Assembly: GCA_024137785.1 (NCBI GenBank)
Contig: JAHRHZ010000013.1
Span: 49,957,087 to 50,021,086, forward strand
Length of the DNA stretch: 64,000 nt
Origin: Ginglymostoma cirratum
Taxonomy: Eukaryota
Direction of reading: 5' to 3'
Shown: piece after piece, positions 24,076 to 36,780 of the stretch
Layout: every line of letters starts with the position of its first letter
Numbering within the stretch: position 1 is the stretch's first letter
The notes under the pieces: generated by a model
What the model saw: only the letters and a program-made list of their open reading frames with translations
The model's database searches: none
What the model was told of the DNA's origin: nothing
Translations under genes and position numbers: made by a program

Positions 24076-25427
24076 CTAAAACCAAAGTGAAGACATTAAA
24101 CAAAAGTAACACTGCAGCCAATCACCATATTATTAATATAAATCAAGCGAGGTGTCTTCACCTGGGAGTTATGAAGGCCCCTAATTATTGCTATCAAGTA
24201 ATGAGAGACTTACAAAGCGTTTTGGATATTCAACCTAAACATTTACATGAACAAAATAATGGCAACAAAGCTATTTAAAAATGCACAATCCGTTTAGGTT
24301 TTACTTCTTTTCCTCAAAGCTATGAGTAACTAGATGTCAAAACTAGCAAAGTATTCTAGAAAGCATCAAAAGCATTGTAGACACATGAGACATTGAGCAA
24401 AGATGGTTTTACTGCAGTATCTGTTTATCAAAATGATGAATAACAGAGCTAGTGAATACAATTTACTAATCTGTCAAAAAAAATTGTTATACACTTTTGA
24501 GATCATGCATTCAAACAATAAAACACATTCCAAGCATACATTCATTTTGGAGGATTATATTGTCACAAGTGGAAAAGTGAATGGCTGACTCTTGTTATCC
24601 TTAACCAATGTCATTGTCTTCCTTCCTTGACATCAACTGTCATCAGCCATTTTATCCTGTACCCATTAACTGACAACTGACGCCTCATCTGGCTTGGCAT
24701 TACGAGCAACATAGCATTTTTTTTTCATTTAATGAAAGAGGATGGGAAAGCAAATGGGAAATTAAATCTAACACAGGTGAAAAAATGTAACTAGACCAAT
24801 TATAGGAAGTTACAATATTATTTCTTTCCCATTACAGTCCCTTTTATATCTCTCCATTTGGTTTGTCCTCAATAAATACAAGTGTATTTGGAAGTGAGCA
24901 ATTAGAACTCGTGAGCAATAAGTACCGACAATTACTAATTCAGTGAACTTCTTATCCTCATACAGATTAATTTGGGATTTATCTGTCAGCTATGCCATTG
25001 AGGGAGCTCTGTGGAATAAGGGACATCTGAAGTTGTGACTCTTAAATAGGAGTTCAATCATTCCCAGTATTCATTTTATTCTTTGTTAAATAGTTAATGC
25101 TGAGATAGTACACATTAAATTCTTCCCCATCTCTCCAACACATGCTTGTACGCACACACACTCACACATGGGCACACACATGCACACACTATACGGTACA
25201 AGGTGGGGGTGGGAATGGGGAAAATAGAGAATTACAGGTGGAAGTGAACACATGACCAAAAGTCAGATTTTAAAACAACAAATAATGTGGCACGCTCAAG
25301 TACAGTATATTCCAGGACATTTTGTTTTGCCAGAAAATGATAATGTAGACAAATTGTGTCACTCCTTTGTTTTGTAATTTACACCTATCGTGAATGAAAC
25401 CAAAATATATTACTGTAATACATATAA

Positions 25428-25790
25428 TTCTTAGGGAGCTTGACAGATGGATGCTGAGAGTTTGTTTTCACTCGGAGGAGATGCTAGGACTAAACAGTGT
25501 CATCTAAGAAAAGGGTTGCCCAGTTTAGACAGAGGTGAGAAAGAATTTCTTTTCTCAGGGGGTAGTGAATCTGTGGAATTCTTTACCCCAGATAACTGTC
25601 AAAGCTAGGCGTTTAAGTGTATTGAAGGCTGAAGTAGACAGATTTTTGATCAGTAAATGAATCAAGGGTTGTGGGAAAAGGCAGGAAAGTGGATTATTCA
25701 GAATTATAAAATCAGCCGTGATCTCATGGAATAGTGGAGAGGACTTGATGAGGCAAATGGCTTACTTCTGCTCTAATGTCTTATTACAGT
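25428..25790 (+). mobile_element. CR1 3' end fragment
   Basis: Collinear with 22140-22470. Confidence 0.85.
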
Positions 25791-25904
25791 CTTATACTAC
25801 ATCACTTTATCACATACTACATACACAGCCAGTTTGAAAACAAAATACTGCACCATCCACAACGCATTCATGTGCAAGTCGTCCAAACTTCTGAGTTTTC
25901 TTTT

Positions 25905-28900
25905 GATTCATTTGCAGAAGATGGGAATCATTGGCTGGGTGATTTATTACCTTTCCCTAGCTGCCTTTGAGAAGGTAGTAAATAACCTTCTTCAACCGTC
26001 GCAGTCTGTGAGCTGTAATTAAACCCTCAATGCTGTTAGGCAGGTAATTCCAGGATTTTGAACCAACAGCACTGAAGGAATCGCAAAATATTTCCAAGCC
26101 AGATTGGTGAGTAGCTTGGAGGAGACCTTGCAGGTGGTGGAGTTCTCATGTATCTGCTGCCCTTGTCCTTCCAGATGATACTCTTCATGAGTTTTGAAAG
26201 TGCTGTATAAGGACTCTTAGTGATTTTCTTCAGTACATCTTGTCCATGGTACACACTTCTGCTACTGATCATCAGTGGCAATGAGAGTGAACGTTTGTCG
26301 ATGCGGTGCCAATCAAGCAGGCTGTTTTGTATTGGATGGTGTCAAGCTTCTTGAGTGGTGTTGGAGTTACATTCATCCAGGCATGTGGTGAGTACTTCAT
26401 CACGCTCTTGACTCACACCTTTTTGATGCTGGACAGGCTTTACTGATACAGGAGGTGATCTTCTACCTGCTCTGTAGTCACTGCATTTATGCAGAACATA
26501 CAACACAGAAATGTACAGCACAGGAACAGGCCCCTCGGCCCACAACATTGTGCTGAACATGACACCAAATGAAACTGATCCCTTCTGCCTGCTATTGATC
26601 CATATCCCTCCATTCCTTGCATATTCATGTGCTTATATAAAAGTTCCTAAATGCCCCTATTGTATCTGCCGCCACCACCACCCTTGGCAGTGCAATCCAG
26701 ACTCCTACCACTCCATGTTAAAACAAACTTGCCCCTCATGTCTTTTTTCGACATTCCCTCTCTAACCTTAAATGTATGCCCCCTATTATTAGTTACCTCA
26801 ACTCGGGGAAAAAGATTCTGACTCTCAACTTTATGTATGCATCTCATAATTTTATAGACTTCTATCAAGTCTCCCCTCAGCCTGTGCTGCACCAGAGAAA
26901 TCAACCCAAGTTTTTCTAGCCTCTCCTTAGAGCTCATACCCTCTCATGCAGGCAGCATCCTGGTAAACCTTTTCTGCACCATCTCCAAAGCCTCCACATC
27001 CTTCCTGTAATCTGGTGACCGGAATCGAATGCAATACTCTAAATGTGGCCTTACCAAAGTCTTAAAGCTGCAACATGAGATCCTGACTCTTGTACTCGAT
27101 TCCCCGACCAATAAAGGCAAGCATGCCTTATGCCTTCCTTACCACCCTATCTACTTGAGCGGCCATTTTGAGGGAGCTATGGACTTGAACCCTAAGATCC
27201 TTCTGTATGTCAATGCTGTTCAGAGTCCTGTCATTCTTTGTACACTTTTCCTAACATTTGATCTCCCAAAGTGCAGCACCTCACACTTACATGGATTAAA
27301 TTCTATCTGCCATTTCTCCGCCCATGTCTGCAACAGATCTATATCCCGCTGTATCCTTTAACAACCTTCTACACTATTCACAACTCCACCGATCTTTGTA
27401 TTGTTTGCAAACTTACTAACCCACCCATTTACATTTTCATCCAAGTCATTTATATGTATATATATAAAAGCAGAGGTCCCAGTACAGATTCCTGTGGAAC
27501 ACCACTAGTCATGGACCTCCAGCCTGAAAAGCACCCTTTCACTACTACCCTCTGTTTTCTACGGGCAAGCCAGTTCTGAATCCATGTGGTCAAGTCACTG
27601 TGGATCCTATGCAGCTTAATCTTCTGGATAAGCCTGCCATGAAGGACCTTGTCAAAACCTTACTAAAATCCATGTAAACAACATCCACTGCTCTACCCTC
27701 ATCAATCACTTTCATCACCTCCTTGAAAAATACAAGGAAGTTTGTAAGACATGAACTGCCCTGCACAAAGCCATACTGACTTCCCAAATTAGGCCATGCT
27801 TTTCCACATGTGTGTAAATCCTATCCCTGAGAATTCTCTCCAATAGTTTACCAACCACCAACGTGATAATCACTGGTCTGTAATTTCCTGGATTATCCCT
27901 ATTTCATTTCTTGAACAGAGAAACAACATCAGTTAGTTGCCTGTCCTCTGGCACCTCTCCAGTGGCTTGCGAGGATACAAAGATCTTGGTCAAGGTCCCA
28001 GTACTCTCCTCTCTTGCCTTTCTCAAAAACCAGGGGTAGATATCATTGGGCCCAGGGACTTATCTACCTTAGTGCTCCACAAGAGATCCAACACCACTTC
28101 TCAAAGTGCCCGAGCATATTAGCACACTCCATACAAATCTCACTGTTCTCTCGATCCTTTTCCTGGGTGAATGCTGATGCAACGTACTCGTTTAGGATTT
28201 CACTCAAATTCTCTGCCTCCAAGTCCAAGCTCCCTCCTTTATCTTTGAGTGGTCCTACCTTCTCCCTAGTTATCCTCTTGTTTTTAATGTATCTACAGAA
28301 TGCCTTGGGATTCTCTTTCACCCGACTTGCCAAGGTCATTTCATGGCCCATTCTTGCTCTCCTAATTCCCTGCTTGAGTACTTTCCTGTGTCCTTACATT
28401 CCTCATAGGCCCTTCCAATTTTAGCTTCTTTTTTCTTTTTGACTGAATTCACAACCTCCCTCGTTATCCAAGGGTCCCTTACTTTGCCATCCTTATCCTC
28501 CTTCCTTACTGGAACATGTCGGTCCTGAACTCTCCCCAGTAGGTCTTTAAACAGTTCCCACATGTCAAATGTGGACTTGTCTCATTACAACTCCTCCCGA
28601 TTAACACTTGCTAGCTCCTGCCTAATACTGACATAATTTGCCCTCCCTGCAAGGTCCTGACTTATCCTTGTTCACAGCTTTCCTAAAACTTAAGAAGTTG
28701 CGATCACGGTTACCAAAATACTCTCCCACTGAGAGGTCAGTCACCTGGCCATCCTCATTAGCCAATTCAAGGTCCAGTATGGCCACTCCTCTGGTTAGAC
28801 TATTCATGTACTGTTTCAAGAAATCCTTTTGGATGCATTTAATAAATTCCGCCCCATCTAAGCCTCTTGCTCTAAGGGAGTCCCAGTCAATATTGGGGAA

Positions 28901-29310
28901 GTTAAAGTCACCTACTATGATAACTCCTTTTATTATACCTTTCCATAATCTGCCTACATATTTGTTCCTCATTTTCTCGGTGGCTGTTGGGGGGCCTATA
29001 GTATAATCCAATTCGACTGACTGCGCCCATCTTATTTTGGTGGTCTGCCCATATGGTCTATATGGCTAGTCTAATTCAGTTTCTCATCAATGGTAATCCC
29101 CAGGATGTTGACAATGGAGTATTCAGTGATGATAATGCCACTGAACGTCAAGGGGCCATGATTAGATTATCTTCCGTTTGAGATGGTCATTGTCCGATAT
29201 TTATGTGGTGCAAATGTTACTTGCCTTTTGTCAGCCCAAGCCTGGATATTGTCCAGATCTTGTTGCCTTCGAACATGGACTGCTTCAATATCTGAGGAGT
29301 CATGAATGTT
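25905..29310 (-). mobile_element. Family B LINE 3' part, split into 25905-26490 and 29058-29310 by a CR1 insertion
   Basis: Homology to 42690-43520 stops at about 26490 and resumes at about 29058. Confidence 0.8.
26492..29057 (-). mobile_element. CR1 LINE, 5'-truncated within the APE domain, disrupted
   Basis: IIVGDFNFPNIDWD, KENPKAFCRYIKNKR, QYGFVQGSSCLTN, VDVVYMDFSK, RLRGDLIEVYKIM. Confidence 0.93.
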
Positions 29311-29449
29311 TTAATAAAACTGCTGAAGCAATGAGCTTGTCAGTTTGGAGTCACATGGATTATGAAGGCTTGTGCAAACCAGTGTACTCAGTAAAGCAGC
29401 AAGAGGTCACTCAGAAGCTTTTAAAAAGGATTGCATGTTGGTAGGTTTT

Positions 29450-30460
29450 TGCACTGTCTTGATTGGACAAACATTAGACGAAGTCCAGAACATCTCTGCA
29501 GGAGTTCTTTGCCACTGTAATGACCTAGATCCAGCCATCTTCTGCTACTTCATCAATGACCTTCTCGCTTCATAAGGTCAGAAGTAGGGATGCTCATTAA
29601 TGTTTGCACAACGCTCATCACCATTCATGGCACCTCAGATACTAAAATATCATGTCCAAATGCAGTAAGAACTGGATGACGTTCAGGCTTGGGCTGAAAA
29701 GTGGCAAGTAAAATTCACATCACACAAGTTTTTAGCACTGACCATCTCCATCAAAAGGGAACCTAACCACTGACCCTTGACGTTAATGGTATTACCATCC
29801 CGGAATCCCCCATTTATCAAATGCTAGTAGGTCGCCATTGAAGCTGAACTGGACAAGCCATACACATGCTATTGCTACGAGAGCAGATCAGAGGCTAGGA
29901 ATCCTGCAAGAAGTAACTTACCTCTTGAGTTGCCAAAGCCTGTCCATCATCTACAAGCCACAAGTCAGGAGTGGGATAGAAATCTCCCCACTTGCCTGGA
30001 TGTATGAAGCTCCAACAATATTCCAGAAGCTTGACACCATCTAGGACAGACCAGACTGATTGACACAGTTTTCAGCCATAATCATTCATTCTTACGACCG
30101 CTGATGCTCAGTAGCAGCCATGTGCACCATCTATAAGACATACTGGTGAAATTCATCAAGGTTCCTCAGACAGCACGTCCAAACCCACGACCACTTCCAT
30201 CTAGAAGGACAAGGGGAGCAGATACATGGAAAAGCCGTCACCTGCAAGTCCTATCCTGGTTTGGAAATATATCACCGATCCTTCAGTTTCCTTTGGTCAA
30301 AATCTTGGAATTCCCTCCCTAATGGCATGGTCCATCTACCGCACATGGATTAATACAGTTCAATAAGGTAGCTCTCTCGCACCCTCTCAAGGAAAATTGT
30401 GGATGGGCTGTAAGTGCTGGTCCAGTCTACAAATCTATATTCCCTAAATCAATAAAACAA
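29450..30460 (+). mobile_element. Family B LINE RT C-terminus and 3' tail
   Basis: KLNWTSHTHAIATRADQRLGILQEVTYLLSCQSLSIIYKPQVRSGIEISPLAW. Confidence 0.88.
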
Positions 30461-31129
30461 AATTCTGGATCCAGAAATGGGTTAATATCTCTTTTCATAT
30501 GAAACTAACTCTTACAGAGGTAACAAATTATTATCTGGCAGTGACATCAGCATTAACAGTAGATACGCATGGGTCAAAATTCAGGCAAATGTAGTCACTT
30601 TTGTGATGACCTAATTCAGTTACTTATCCCTAGTCCGGCTGCATCTTGATGGCACAGGAGGTAGGTCTATCATTGGTCATGAGACAGGATGAATTAACCT
30701 CCATCATCCATGACTGTACTTCAGTGTTGCTTCTAGATGCAGCACCCCATTGTAGACTATCCCAGACTAAATAGTATGAATGGGCATGGCCAGTCAGGAA
30801 GCAGAATCGCAGCTTGTGAAAAATGCCTGACTCGTGCCTAATTTTGTCATGGTACATATAAAAACTGCAAATCACACTAAATTGGCAACCTTACCTAAAG
30901 AGGGACTGTGCGGAGTGTTTCGAGCTTAGGAGCTCAGGTGTTTGTAATAGCTTCTAACAGTGTAGGACCTTGTAGAGTGAAGATTGATATCTTTGGTTTT
31001 CTCGTGGTGTTTGTAACAATGCTTAAGTTACTAAAGTTACTTGCATCTGACTGCTATCACGCAATTAACTCCATCTTGTTTAAAACAAGAATCTTTTCTT
31101 ATCAAGACTCACTTGTGGCTTCCCTCAAC

Positions 31130-32390
31130 CACTGTAAGTCAATTAGGCTCTTAGACTCAGTTAAGGAGAGGGGATAGTGGCTGCAAACTACCCAACCAGA
31201 AGCTGATAATGGCTGGTATTACAACACATACATCATTAACTGTAGACCCATCAGCTTACTTTCAGTGATATTACTGAAATCTATCAAGAAGAGCAGAGTT
31301 ATGTGCTCTTGGTCAACAATGAGGTGTTGAAAAAGTTGGTATGGATTTGTGAATGTTCAGTCACGCCTTCCTGGATTTTTGAGGCTGTCATTTGACACGG
31401 TGGATAGTGTCTATGGATGTTGTTTATATAATTTTAAATAAGGTTCTGCACAACAGGTCAATGGCAAAAAAAAAAGCCTACATAATAGGTGGCAATCTTG
31501 TGACATGTATCTGAATCTGAGTGGGAGGTTGGTCTAAGAGGAAGATTCTGTGACTGGTCATATTGGACTTGAAAAGTTAACTCCTTTTCTCTCTACAAAG
31601 ATGCTGTCGGACCTGCTAGTTTTTCCAGGAATCAGAAGTTTTGTTTTAACCCAACTGCTTAAGAGATTAGACTTAAGGAAAAGGGATGCAATGTACTTCA
31701 GTGGGTGCCTTATGCATCTCAGGGGCAACATCCCAATCTCCCTATAATAGCCCTCTCTGTGTTACACTCTCTTTGTCACTTTGCCTGGCCATCAATGTTC
31801 CCCCTCCCAACCTAACCCACTTTGCAATCCCCCACTCACCGCCCACCCCTCCATATATTTCACCACTCAATAAAACTTGTGATTAGGGGTCTTGTGGTAG
31901 CACCCCTACCTCTGAGTAGGGGTGTGACCACCCTCCCTCTCAGCTTTCCCACCTCTGAGTACCACCCGCCCTCCTAGCCTCGCCACCACCACCCCACTCC
32001 AGAAAACTAATCCCATGCATGAATGTGGCTGGTAGTCCATCGCATTCAGAAAGTTGAGGGTAAGTCTAACTTTAAAATGACAATGGAATTTGACACAGAG
32101 AAATGATTTCCTCTGTTCAGCCAACTCAGAAAAAGTGATACAAGTGTGAAATTAGAGCTGGGAGATTTCAAAATGAGAAGAAACTTCTTCATACAAAAGG
32201 ATATTGGGAATCCTGTAACTCTGTTAAAATACATTAGGTGGATAAATTGAAATTTTGGACATCAAACAGTTTTTGTTAGTAAAACCAAGGTGGTCAAATG
32301 AAGCTGACTCATGACTAAACATAATGAAACTGAATGGTGAAATGGATTTAAGGAAATGAATACCTGCACTAATATTCCTCCATTCTTGAA
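31130..32390 (+). mobile_element. Fragmented old CR1 with nested short repeats
   Basis: NCRPISLLSV and GFVNVQSRL remnants; 3' remnant at 32050-32390. Confidence 0.55.
31546..31648 (+). mobile_element. Old PLE terminal repeat with decayed hammerhead
   Basis: ttctgtgactggtcatattggacttgaaaagttaactc...gatgctgtcggacctgct parallels 35312-35400. Confidence 0.65.
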
Positions 32391-33512
32391 AAACATCAAA
32401 GGCAGGATTTTGAGAGTGGTAGGGTTTATTGCCCCAGCATGGCAAAAAATGGCCAGGAGAAGTGTTGCCCCACAGCCATTTATTAGTGGTTCAAATTGAG
32501 ACTTCTACCCCCATCTTGCACGGAGTCTGCACCTCCATAAGCAGCCTGGAAATGTGTTGTGGCAGTTTCCTCATCCTGGAGTGGTGGCTACTACTGAGGC
32601 TTCTAGAAGTACCAGGAATTGGATGACAGGTAATTTGGGGAGAATCTCAGCATGGCCAGGACAGAAGGCCCAGGAGAGGCTGGTATGAGAGGCATTAGGT
32701 AGAGTGGGGAGACAGCATCTGGAGCAGATCTTAGAAGAGGGAAAGGCTCTGTTTGGAATCAGGGCCTATAAACCAAGCAGGTTAATTTGCTGTGGATCCC
32801 ATCTGAACCTTACCTGCTCTTACTGTCTGAAAAATTTCAGCTGGCTGGGAAATGGACCCTAAATGGCTAACAATACATTACATTCTTCCTGGTGTTGTGT
32901 TTCCAGAAAGCAGCTTGAGAAAGAATTCTGTAATATTTATCCAGCATTTTATACACAATGGTACTAAAAATCAAACCACAAAGAATGTCTCAAAGAGGTC
33001 TCTTGAAACCTAATCACCTCTTGGTTCAAACCTGATGAGTATACATCTACCTGAGACTTGCAACCAAACTCCCAAAAAAGTGGAGCGGAAAAAATATGTT
33101 TCTTCATCACATAACATTTTGAGAAGTCATAAAGCTTAAAGGAAACTTTTCCCCAGAGTGCTCTGGGCATTCTAATTTCACTTTTCTTGAAAAACAATCA
33201 GAAGGAAAAGGGAGCAAATATAAATATGAAAAAAAAACAAAGATAACAACGAAAAACAAAAAAAAGGCATCTGAATGGAATGTCAGGAAAGGCGCAACTG
33301 ACATGACAGAGCCATCTCCATTGATTTAAAATTGAATGTAAATCCAAGCATTAACTGCAAACTATATTTATTAGGCAATATCAAAGTGCTTAGGAGGTTG
33401 AATCCAATTGAATATTTATCTAAATTGTCTTGCCATTAATCTGCCATCTAATACTTACCTAGAAGTGATTTATAATTTCTCTACATAAAGCTGAAGTAAA
33501 AATATCACTTAC

Positions 33513-33671
33513 CCAGGGAGACCACCAGCTTCCATTACATTTGCTAGAGTAACATCATTGGACCACACATCATACTGCCACTTGCGGAGACCCAGGACCC
33601 CACACAGCACTCTTCCTGTATGCAGACCCACACGCATGTTGAGATCAACTTCAGTGGCTTCAGCTACAGAC
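33513..33671 (-). CDS. adcy1: adcy1 coding exon (exon 6 equivalent), C1a catalytic domain
   Basis: cttacag|G...CCTGG|gtaagt; 159 nt; [52 protein letters not shown](G), the class III cyclase signature. Not in the ORF track. Confidence 0.97.
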
Positions 33672-34179
33672 CTGTAAGAGTACAATTACATCTAAAGATT
33701 ATGAATAATTTGGTACATTACATGACTTACAACCTGTGAGTTACTTCACTGAGGGGCAGAAAAAGAGGAATTTATGAACTCCTGGGGTGAATAAGCCAGC
33801 TGGGTAAGTAATTCAGCATTTTCACTCAGTTCCCCATGAGATGAATGAGAGTATGAATTTCTGGCTTTGTGACAGCGAAACTTTTGGATAAGATGGGTGA
33901 GCTAGCTGTCAATTCTGAAATGACTGAGTGGATGGGCTTCTGAGGGGAAACCACCATATCTTCTGCCAAAAGTTGTCATCAGGCACCTTTTTAAAAAATT
34001 ATTCACAATTCACTCTCTGTCTACTGCTGGCCAGTAATTCTAACACTTGAGACTCTTGCTGTGTTTCTACATTTGCAGGACCAAACAGCACAATGATACA
34101 TGAGTATGGGAAGTAAATAAAAAGAGAAAGAAAATAAAATGACTTGGAAGTAGACTCATGCAGATTTATTGGATGTTAT

Positions 34180-35442
34180 AGTAGTCCAGCTACCTGGACT
34201 ATACATCCTCACACCCCACCTCCTGTAAAGACTCCATCTCATTCTCTCAGTTCTTCCGTCTCCGTCGCATATGCTCAGATGAGGTCAACTTTGACAAGGG
34301 AGCCTCCAAAATGTCCACCTTCTTCCTCAACCGAGGATTCCCAGCTCCATTGTCGACAGGGCCCTCAACCAGGTCCGACCCATCTCCCGCACATCCGCCC
34401 TCACCCCTTCTCTTCCCTCCCACAACAGCGATAGGGTTCCCCTTATCCTCACCTACCATCCCACCACTATCCACATCCAGAAGATCATCAGACACCATTT
34501 CCGCCACCTCCAGCAAGATGCCACCACCAGACCCATATTCCCCTCCCCTCCCTTGTCCGCCTTCTGCAGGGACCATTCCCTCTGGGACACCCTGGTCCAC
34601 ACTTCCATCATCCCCAACACCTCCCCACAGCCCTATGGCACCTTCCCCTGTAACCGGCGAAGGTGCAACACCTGCCCATTTACCTCCTCCCTCCCCAGAA
34701 TCCAATGGCCCAAACATACCTTCCAGGTGAAGCAACACTTCACCTGCACTTCCAAGAATCTAGTCTACTGCATTCACTGCTCACAATGTGGCCTCCTCTA
34801 CATTGGGGAAACGAAGCGTAGACTTGGTGACCGCTTCGCAGAACATCTACATTCTGCTCGCAAAAAAGACCCTGAACTACCCATTGCCTGCCACTTCAAT
34901 GCACCACCCTGCTCCCTGGCCAACATCTCTGTCTCTGGCTTGCGACAGTGTTCCAGTGAAGCCCAATGCAAACTGGAGGAACAACAACTCCTTTTCTGCA
35001 TGGGGGCCCTACAGCCCTCGGACTCAATACTGAGTTCAATAATTTTAGGGCCTAAACTCTCCCATGTCCCAGCCCCCCCACCCCATACGCCAGGCCTTGT
35101 TACCACATAGCCTGCCATTACACACCCGCCGTTGTTAGTCACTAACAGTCCCCATTAACAACTACTCACCCTCCCAGCCTGATCATTAGCAACTCCTTTG
35201 TCTGTCCAACTGTCTTTCTCTCTCTTTGGGCTCTATCCTATCGTTTACTCCCTACCCCACACACCTCCCTATTTTCTGCATATAAACTGATGTTTTCCCA
35301 GCTACCATCAGTTCTGAGGAAGGGTCACCGGACCCAAAACGTTAACTCTGTTTTGTGCTTCACAGATGCTGCCAGACCTGTTGAGCTTTTCCAGCAACTT
35401 TGTTTTTGTTCTTGATTTACAGCATCCGCAGTTCTTTTGATT
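34180..35442 (+). mobile_element. Second Neptune-type PLE family, 5'-truncated, frameshifted (RT thumb, Cys linker, GIY-YIG, pLTR)
   Basis: GTFPCNRRRCNTCPF, LVYCIHCSQCGLLYIGETKRRLGDRFAEH; TSD TTTATTGGATGTTAT at 34165-34179 and 35443-35457. Confidence 0.94.
35310..35347 (+). ncRNA. Minimal hammerhead motif, G12A variant
   Basis: AGUU-CUGAGGA-a-GGGUC accg GACCC-aAAA-CGUU-AACU; stems I and II pair fully. Confidence 0.75.
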
Positions 35443-35620
35443 TTTATTGGATGTTATGTTCTGTTTTGTTCTATTGTGGTTTAGCACATCTCACCAACTT
35501 TCCTGAAAGCAATGAAGTGTAATTATTACCCTCAGATTCAGCATTGCTGTTCGAATGCTTGGCAAAATGCCGAAGCTTGTGTGTAAACTGTTGAATTAGA
35601 ATTATATCATTGTGAAGGAA

Positions 35621-36780
35621 AGGCAGATTTTTCCAGCTCCCTCTGGACAGGAACTACAATGGGTTCAGAAACAAAAATTTGCTGTGGCATTGCATGGCTG
35701 GAGCTCTCAGCTGCCTTTCAACACAGTTTTTTTCCAAGGGCAGGGGAGGAATTAGTCTTTGGTAAAGGCCTGCTCCAATTAATGAGCCAAGGTAGATTAT
35801 TATGGGCTCAATATGAGCACATGCCTGGAAGGGTTTTTTTAATGATGTGGTTGGAGTTCAGCAATTCCTGGATTTCAGACCAGCTGCACAGAGAAGAGGA
35901 ATGTCACAAGAGGTGGGCAGAATTTTAAGACAGATGAAAATGGCCTTTGAAGGTCAAAGGGCTTACCCCTTTGTAGTCAAAACTCCACTTTAAATCAAGG
36001 GTGGTGCCAGGATTGAAAACATTTCCACTTCAAGGAGTCCTCATCTTCTTGGGATCTCCTGGCATTTTGTGGGCATCAGAACAATCTGTTTGCCTGTTTG
36101 GATCCCAGCTAGGTATTATAAAGTCTGCAATAGGTAATGGTTGTTGTTCCATTAGAAATTGAAGCCATTGGAGTTGAGGAACTGTATTCTGCACAGAAGA
36201 AGCAAGAGTTTTGGGTGTCAAGAAGATTGTTGAGAGGGACAAGGGGCAAAAAGGAGAAGGAGGCACAGGATCTAGAGGCAGACGAAGCGAGATCTGAGAG
36301 GGGTAGTGGTAAATGAGACTGTGTGGTCTCCAGAGACAGATGGTCACAGGACTGTGCCTTTGTCAGTTGCACAGCTCTGTGGCAGCCCCCTGGCACTGCA
36401 CACAGGTGTATTATACAGATGGCAGAGGCATTGAGAGATGATGCTGAACAAAGAGGTACCCGTACTGCCCGACAAGGAGGCAGCATGCGACAGACTTGGT
36501 GTCAGAGGACTTCCCTCCTTTCCCTCATGATAGCCGTCCGCTCCCTGAGCAATATTAGGTCCCTGTCATGCAGTACCAGGCACTGGCACAGTTTCCCTTC
36601 TTTAGGACAAGCAGCATCCTCAACGATAGCTGCCACGAATGCCCAAAACCTGTCTGCATTCCATCTACGGCTTCACCCAAAGTAAAATCCAAAGCTCTGT
36701 TTGGTTCCCACTAGAAGCAGCTTTCTAACACAAAAAAGAGCCAACCCCTTCCTCCTGATTCCAATGGAAAAATCCAGCCT
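35621..36780 (-). mobile_element. Harbinger-type non-autonomous element with Myb/SANT relic
   Basis: TIR-like ends aggcagatttttcca / tggaaaaatccagcct; minus frame DRDLILL...MRERREVL near 36500-36570. Confidence 0.55.

Noticed and set aside
23943-24278. 111-aa plus-strand ORF overlapping exon 7
   Set aside because: Antisense shadow of the real exon, with no recognisable domain.
25150-25190. Imperfect (CA)n tracts, also at 23281-23312
   Set aside because: Ordinary degenerate microsatellites.
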